From the human T2T-CHM13v2.0 reference genome, Homo sapiens, in assembly GCF_009914755.1 (NCBI RefSeq), contig NC_060936.1: a stretch of DNA of 64,000 nt. One strand, given 5' to 3'. Numbering within the stretch: position 1 is the first letter of the stretch; every line of letters begins with the position of its first letter. Below are positions 44,235 to 64,000 of this stretch, one piece after another. Made by a program: the position numbers and the translations under genes. The notes beneath the pieces were generated by a model, which was given only the letters and a program-made list of their open reading frames with translations, made no database searches and was not told the DNA's origin.

Positions 44235-45250
44235 TGTGGGCGGCAAGCCACCCAGGCACCGAGGCAAGAGACAGAGGACACGAGCTGTTCCAGTATAATA
44301 AAATATAAAACAAGAATAGTTATACCAGATATAGATCTTAGATATGATTATATATGAATATCATTAATCATTAGTTTGTAGCAATTACTTTTTATTCCAA
44401 TATTATGATAATCCTCGCTCTATAATCATAGCCTAGGAAAAACCACGCCATACAGAGATAGGAGCTGAGGGGACATAGTGAGGTGTGACCAGAAGACAAG
44501 AGTGCGAGCCTTCTGTTATGCCCGGACAGGGCCACCAGAGGGCTCCTTGGTCTAGCGGTGACGCCAGCGTCTGGGAAGACGCCCGTTATCAGGGGGATCG
44601 TGGTCCAGCGGTAGCGAAGGTGTCAAGGAACAACACCCGCTACTTAGCAGACCGGGAAGCGGGGGGGGGGGAGGTCTCCCTTTCCCCAGGGGAGTTTAGA
44701 GAAGACTCTGCTCCTCCACCTCTTGTGGAGGGCCTGACATCAGTCAGGCTTGCCCGCAGTTATCGGGAGGCCTAACCGTCTCCCTGTGATGCTGTGCTTC
44801 ACTAGTCGCACTCCTAGTCTGCCTTCATGTTCCATCCTGTACACCTGGCTCTGCCTTCCAGATAGCAGTAGTAAATTAGTGAAAATACTAATAGTCCCTG
44901 ATATGCAGAAATAATGATGTAAGCTGTCTCTCTCTCTGCTTCCTCTCCCTCTCTGCCTCAGCTGCCAGGCAGGGAAGGGCCCCCTGTCCAGTGGACACGT
45001 GACCCACGTGACCTTACCTATCATTGGAGGTGACTCACATTCTTTACCCTGCCCCTTCTGCCTTGTATCCAATAAATAACAGCGCAGCCAGACATTCGGG
45101 GCCACTACCGGTGTCCGCGCATTGGTGGTAGTGGTCCCCCGGGCCCAGCTGCCTTTTCTCTTGTCTCTTTGTCTTGTGTCTTTATTTCTACACTCTCTCA
45201 TCGCTGCACACAGGGAGAGACCTACCGACCCTGTGGGGCTGGTCCCTACA
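44235..45250 (+). mobile_element. LTR13 (HERV-K13/HML-4-type LTR), plus orientation
   Basis: 1016 bp with TG...CA termini (TGTGGGCGGCAAGCCACCCAGG...GGTCCCTACA) and AATAAA at 45071-45076. It matches the LTR13 consensus as I recall it. Confidence 0.85.
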
Positions 45251-48222
45251 TCGGGGCTGAGAGTTGACGAATGCCCCATTGTTTAGAGGGGCCTGGGGCC
45301 GGCCCCTCATCCTGTTTCCCTGATTTTTAAAAGGCCGTAAAGGATGGCCATCAATATCAAATCTGAAATGGCATTGAGATGCCCAGTGAAGACCCTTTTG
45401 GCATCGTGGGCATACAGTAGAAGGTGGGGCATCTTGTTGCTGAAAAGTTTTTTGTTGTTGTTGTTGGTGATGTAAAGGATGGCGACCTGCACGCCGAGGG
45501 CAATTTCTTTTTGCATGTCCATTCTGGCCGCATATGAAGCATTGGCCAGAGAATTGTCCAGGCATTCGAATAGAGGCCATAGCTTGTGCCATAATCATTG
45601 CTGTATGGAGAGTTCCTCCCACCCCTTCACAGGCTTTAATGTAGGAGGTGAGTATATCACCACCTGGTGGAATTTTACCTTTGACGGGGCGAATAGCCGC
45701 CTGACAATCTGGATTTGCTTGTTCATAAGCCATAAGTTCTACAACAAGTCTTTGGCCGTGGCTATCAGGAATAGCCTTTTCTGCTGCGTCTTGAAGATGA
45801 GCAATAAAGTCTGGGTAGGGCTCATGTTGTCCCTGTCTGACGGCTGTGAAAGATGGGCATACTTTACCATCATCTTGAATTTTGTCCCAAGCATCTAAGC
45901 AACATTTTCGCAGTTGTTCAATAACCTCATCATTTAGTATAGTTTGGTGTCGGATTGCAGCCCATTGACCCATTCCCAGTAACTGGTCAGCCGTAACGTT
46001 AACAAGAGGATTAGAGCCCTGATTAAGACGAATGCGTTCCTGGACAGCATCAACCCACCAAGTCCTGAATTGTAAATATTGGGATTTAGATAAGACTGAT
46101 TTTGCCAAAATTTCCCAATCATAGGGTACCAAACGTTTATCTTCTGCTAAGGCTTTTAATGTGGAACGGACAAAAGGAGAGTTGGTGCCATATTGTTTCA
46201 CTGATTCCTTAAAATCTTTGAGGAATTTAAAAGAAAAACTTTCCTATGTAGCAGGGCGTAGCTGAACCTGGCCTGGATGGATGGTGTCAGGCTGAATTAC
46301 CGCCTGAACAGCGGGAATGCCAGGTATTGGCTGTGCCCCAGGAGCAGGCAATTGCAGAGCCTGATTATTTACCCAAGCAGCCGATTCTCAGGCTGAGGGG
46401 CTTAATTGTCAGCCTCTTGATCTTGTTGAGCTGTGGGGTCAGCCGCCTGCTGGGCAGGATCAACAACAGGCTGTGGGTGGTTTTGTACTGCTGGGGTGGC
46501 AGGTACTGGGGGTTGTAAAATTACAGGAAATTGCCAAGCTTCGGGATCCCCATATTCCCTTGCCTGAACTATAGCCCTCGTAAGCAGAGTGTCATCTTCA
46601 GGGATGTATGTAATTTGTTGCTTATGAGCGGCAATGGTAGTATTGGCAACAGCAGTTGCGACCAGACCAGGAGCAGAAAAAGAGGTAGAATTTTGAATAG
46701 AAGGAGAGTCGAAAAACTGAAAGCCAGGGTGAGAGCAGATTACCTGCTGAGCAGGTCTTTCATGGGCCTGAAAACCAGGCTGCCACGGCAAGTGTGAACC
46801 AGGCTTCAAGGGAGCCTGTGACTCTAACTGAGTCCAATTTGTAGGAAAGGATCCAGGCTTCAAGGGAGCCTGTGACTCTACCCGAGTCTGATTTGTAGAA
46901 AAGGGACCAGGCTTCAAGGGAGCCTGTGACTCTAACTGAGTCTGATTTGTAGGAAAGGATCCAGGCTTTAAGGGAGCCTGTGACTCTAACTGAGTCCGAT
47001 TAGGAGGAAAAGAACCAGGCTTCAAGGGAGCCTGTGACTCTACCCAAGTCTGATTTATAGGAAAGGAACCAGGCTTCAAGGGAGCCTGTGACTCTAACTG
47101 AGTCCGATTTGTGGGAAGGGAACCAGGCTTCAAGGGAGCCTGTGACTCTACCCGAGTCTGATTTATAGGAAAGGAACCAGGCTTCAAGGGAGCCTGTGAC
47201 TCTACCCGAGTCTGATTTATAGGAAAGGAACCAGGCTTCAAGGGAGCCTGTGACTGTAACTGAGTCCGATTTGCAGGAAAGGAACCAGGCTTCAAGGGAG
47301 CCTGTGACTCTGAGTCCGATTTGCAGAGAATGGACCAGGCTTCAAGGGAGCCTGTGACTCTACCCGAGTCTGACTTATAGGAAAGGAACCAGGCTTCAAG
47401 GGAGCCTGTGACTCTACCCGAGTCTGATTTATAGGAAAGGGACCAGGCTTCAAGGGAGCCTGTGACTCTGAGTCCGATTAGAAGAAATAGGATTGAGGGC
47501 CTCATTACCGGGCCGAGAATTGGAAGCCTCTTTTCCAAGCTGTTCATATAGCGGAGCCTCTGTACCGGGCTGCATAGAAACGTAATTTATAGACTCGTTT
47601 ACAGGCTGCCTGGTCTCATCTGCTATTTGCACGGCGGCAGTGTTGAAAGAGTGAGGAGAGACAGGAGGGTCTGGCCGCAATGGCTGTTGATATGTTTCAG
47701 CTGAGTTTTGCTGATTGGGGAGATAAGTACATTTAGGTCAGTTAAAAGATCATCATAAAGCGGCAATGGGGGTGCAGTGGCCTCTGGCGTAGGTGGCGGT
47801 GGCGCAGGCATGTCAGAGTGGAAGTCCTCCTTTGAAATTACGTTCTCAATTTGTGCAGTATCATCAGGGGAAAGAGAGCTGAGAGCTTCCTCGACCTCCT
47901 CAGAGGAGAGGAAAGAGGGATCAGTCTCCATATTGTCCTCCTGAGTCTATAAGGAGTCTAAGACAGAGCGAACCGAAGCCCAGATTGACCAAATGGTGGG
48001 TGGGATAAAATGTCCCCCTTTATGAGCAATTTTGAATTGTTTGCCAATCTCATCCCAATCTTTAAGTTCTGGAGTTCCCTGAGTCGGAAACCAAGGGCAA
48101 AGAAGATCTACAACCTCAAATAGTTCAATTAACTTTTCAGTAGAAACTTTAACACCTCCTTCTTTAAGAAGAGTTTTTATAAAATTTAAATAAGCCGAAT
48201 ACTTTGTACTGGCCTGTCCCAT
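45251..48222 (-). pseudogene. Disrupted betaretrovirus-like (HERV-K) gag
   Basis: Myristoylated matrix start MGQASTKYSAYLNFIKTLLKEGGVKVS...CPWFP (48222-47947), then stops and frameshifts. Capsid with major homology region VRQGQHEPYPDFIAHL, and two CCHC knuckles CFICGQNGHAKRNC and CPRCQKGLHWASQC (ORF 46201-45188). It ends abruptly at the inverted LTR; no pol or env. Confidence 0.92.
46795..47487 (-). repeat. 54-bp minisatellite (~13 copies) inside gag
   Basis: The motif CAGGCTT(C/T)AAGGGAGCCTGTGACT starts at 46800, 46854, 46908, 46962, 47016, 47070, 47124, 47178, 47232, 47286, 47336, 47390 and 47444. On the minus strand it encodes ESQAPLKPGSFPxNxTxx repeats. Confidence 0.95.
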
Positions 48223-48351
48223 GGTGTCCCCGGAAAACTCTGAGTGCTCAAGCTTACCACCAAGTTTATTGACTGCAATCCTCAGGAATCTCTCGTTGAA
48301 CTCCTCCGCTGATCCCGCACTCAGGGCGCAACTTCACACAGCGAGGGAGAG

Positions 48352-48369
48352 CCCCACGTCGGAGCGCCA
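48352..48369 (-). promoter_or_regulatory. tRNA-Lys primer binding site
   Basis: TGGCGCTCCGACGTGGGG begins 2 nt (TC) after the 5' LTR's CA and resembles the tRNA-Lys1,2 PBS TGGCGCCCAACGTGGGGC. Confidence 0.8.
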
Positions 48370-48371
48370 GA

Positions 48372-49393
48372 TGTAGGGACCAGCCCCACAGGGTCGGTAG
48401 GTCTCTCCCTGTGTGCGGCGATGAGAGAGTGTAGAAATAAAGACACAAGACAAAGAGACAAGAGAAAAGGCAGCTGGGCCCGGGGGACCACTACCACCAA
48501 TGCGCAGACACCGGTAGTGGCCCCGAATGTCTGGCTGCGCTGTTATTTATTGGATACAAGGCAGAAGGGGCAGGGTAAAGAATGTGAGTCACCTCCAATG
48601 ATAGGTAAGGTCACGTGGGTCACGTGTCCACTGGACAGGGGGCCCTTCCCTGCCTGGCAGCTGAGGCAGAGAGGGAGAGGAGACAGAGAGAGAGACAGCT
48701 TACATCATTATTTCTGCATATCAGGGACTATTAGTATTTTCACTAATTTACTACTGCTATCTGGAAGGCAGAGCCAGGTGTACAGGATGGAACATGAAGG
48801 CAGACTAGGAGTGCGACTACTGAAGCACAGCATCACAGGGAGACGGTTAGGCCTCCCGATAACTTCGGGCAAGCCTGACTGATGTCAGGCCCTCCACAAG
48901 AGGTGGAGGAGCAGAGTCTTCTCTAAACTCCCCTGGGGAAAGGGAGACCCCCCCCCCCGGCCCCGCCCTTTCCCGGTCTGCTAAGTAGCGGGTGTTGTTC
49001 CTTGACACCTTCGCTACCGCTGGACCACGATCCTCCTGATAACGGGCGTCTTCCCAGACGCTGGCGTCACCGCTAGACCAAGGAGCCCTCTGGTGGCCCT
49101 GTCCGGGCATAACAGAAGGCTCGCACTCTTGTCTTCTGGTCACACCTCACTATGTCCCCTCAGCTCCTATCTCTGTATGGCGTGGTTTTTCCTAGGCTAT
49201 GATTATAGAGCGAGGATTATCATAATATTGGAATAAAAAGTAATTGCTACAAACTAATGATTAATGATATTCATATACAATCATATCTAAGATCTATATC
49301 TGGTATAACTATTCTTGTTTTATATTCTATTATACTGGAACAGCTCGTGTCCTCTGTCTCTTGCCTCGGTGCCTGGGTGGCTTGCTGTCCACA
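48372..49393 (-). mobile_element. LTR13, minus orientation (5' LTR of the gag segment)
   Basis: Near-identical reverse complement of 44235-45250. It is followed on the minus strand by TC, the PBS, a leader with splice donor (GTG|GTAAGC at 48258/48257) and gag. Confidence 0.88.
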
Positions 49394-49734
<341 letters not shown>

Positions 49735-49957
49735 TAATATATGTTTTATGGTTACCTTAGTTATTACAGACAGTGCTGCAGTAAATAAGCTTGTATATCT
49801 TGTCATTTTGCAAGTTTGCAAATATAACTGTAGGATAAATTTCTAAAAGTATAATTGATGTGTCAAAGAGTATATATATTTGTAATTTTTAAAGATGTTG
49901 ACAAATTGCCGTCCATACTGGTCATGCCATTTTTCAGTTTTACCAGCAATGTAGTAG

Positions 49958-58380
<8,423 letters not shown>

Positions 58381-58460
58381 ACTCCGTGTAGTTTTAATGT
58401 GAGCATATTTTTATGTTCAAAATCACATTTTAATAGGTTGGTGATAGCAAACCTGCATTA

Positions 58461-60852
<2,392 letters not shown>

Positions 60853-61814
60853 AAAAATTTTTTTTAATTAGTGAGGCATGGTGGCATGTGCCTGTAGTCC
60901 CAGCTACTCAGGAGGCATGGGTGGGAGGATCAGTTGAGCCCAGAATGTCAAGGCTGCAGCGAGGCATAATCAAGGCACTTCACTCCAGCCTGGGCAACGG
61001 AGCAAGACCCTATCTCAAAAAAAAAAAAAAAAAAGAAGTTTGTCTTTAGCAATCTAAAATTTGACAAGTTTGCTTTGACTCTCTAGCTGCAGGTTCATAA
61101 CCCAAGTTTATAGTAAAAAATAAGATGGATTTGTTATATTCAACATGGTGTAGTAAATATCAAGTATAGGTGAAAAATATATTTCATATTCGTAAAATAC
61201 TATATAATAAAGTACTTTTATATAGTAAAATACTATATATTAAACAAAGTACTTTATAGTCACCTGATTTGACTGCCTTGATAATCCCTGAGAGATAAGC
61301 AGGACTGATACTTATTAGATGCCCATTAAACAGAGTAGTATATTAAGAAGTGTACAGATACTACTTATATGCCCGTTTTGTAGAAGAGGAAACTGATGTT
61401 TTAAGAACGTGACTTTCCAGTTTAACACAGCAAGTGGGTGCCCACTTTGTCAGCACATATACTAACACAGCAAGCAGTAGAGCTGGGTTTGAATTTCAAA
61501 CTTCTGATCTACCCACTACAAATTCTATACTTTCTTTTCCCAGTATTTGCTAAAGGAGACACAACCCGTTTTACCCAGGAGGTGGCAGCGTTTCTCTTAC
61601 TGTTATATTTATTGGGCGCTCACTTTCCCACTGAAGGTGAAATACTTAAAAAGTGAAAATTGTATTCTTTCAGTGAATAATCTCGAGTTAAATTATGTTT
61701 AGCTGTTAATGATAATAAGATTAGTAAAGTTGGTGCCTGCCTTCTAGGAGTTGACAATCTAGGAGCAAGAGGTGGAGGCGGAACTGTGAAGCAGAGTCCA
61801 AAATAGCCTAAAAA

Positions 61815-64000
<2,186 letters not shown>

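Noticed and set aside
44485-45279. ORFs within the LTRs (mirrored at 48421-49143)
   Set aside because: They are incidental LTR reading frames. Their mirrored duplication only reflects the inverted LTRs and shows no similarity to known proteins such as MMTV sag.
46795-47487. Regularly spaced repeats resembling a CRISPR array
   Set aside because: The intervening sequences are homologous to each other (tandem minisatellite), the context is a eukaryotic retroviral gag, and there are no cas genes.

Overview
Primate genomic DNA, almost certainly human; the gene order matches 12q13.3. It contains MIP/aquaporin-0 exons 1-3 (minus strand, exon 4 lies off the left edge), the complete two-exon SPRYD4 (plus strand, 207 aa) and the complete 18-exon GLS2 glutaminase (minus strand, 602 aa). 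SPRYD4 and GLS2 converge on back-to-back poly(A) hexamers. Upstream of GLS2 is a very Alu-dense region holding a 5'-truncated SVA, a HERV-K (LTR13/HML-4-type) element and an HSPD1 (HSP60) processed pseudogene inserted into an Alu linker. The most unusual structure is the HERV-K element at 44235-49393. Its two ~1 kb near-identical LTRs are inverted, with U3 ends facing outward. They enclose only PBS, leader and gag, and the gag carries a 13-copy 54-bp minisatellite. The whole unit is still bounded by a clean 6-bp target-site duplication (ATTTGA), which suggests a U3-U3-ended aberrant reverse-transcription product integrated in one event, and potentially an invertible, dsRNA-forming cassette. 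Exon boundaries were read by hand from GT-AG sites and frame sums. Repeat subfamily names and Alu boundaries are approximate.
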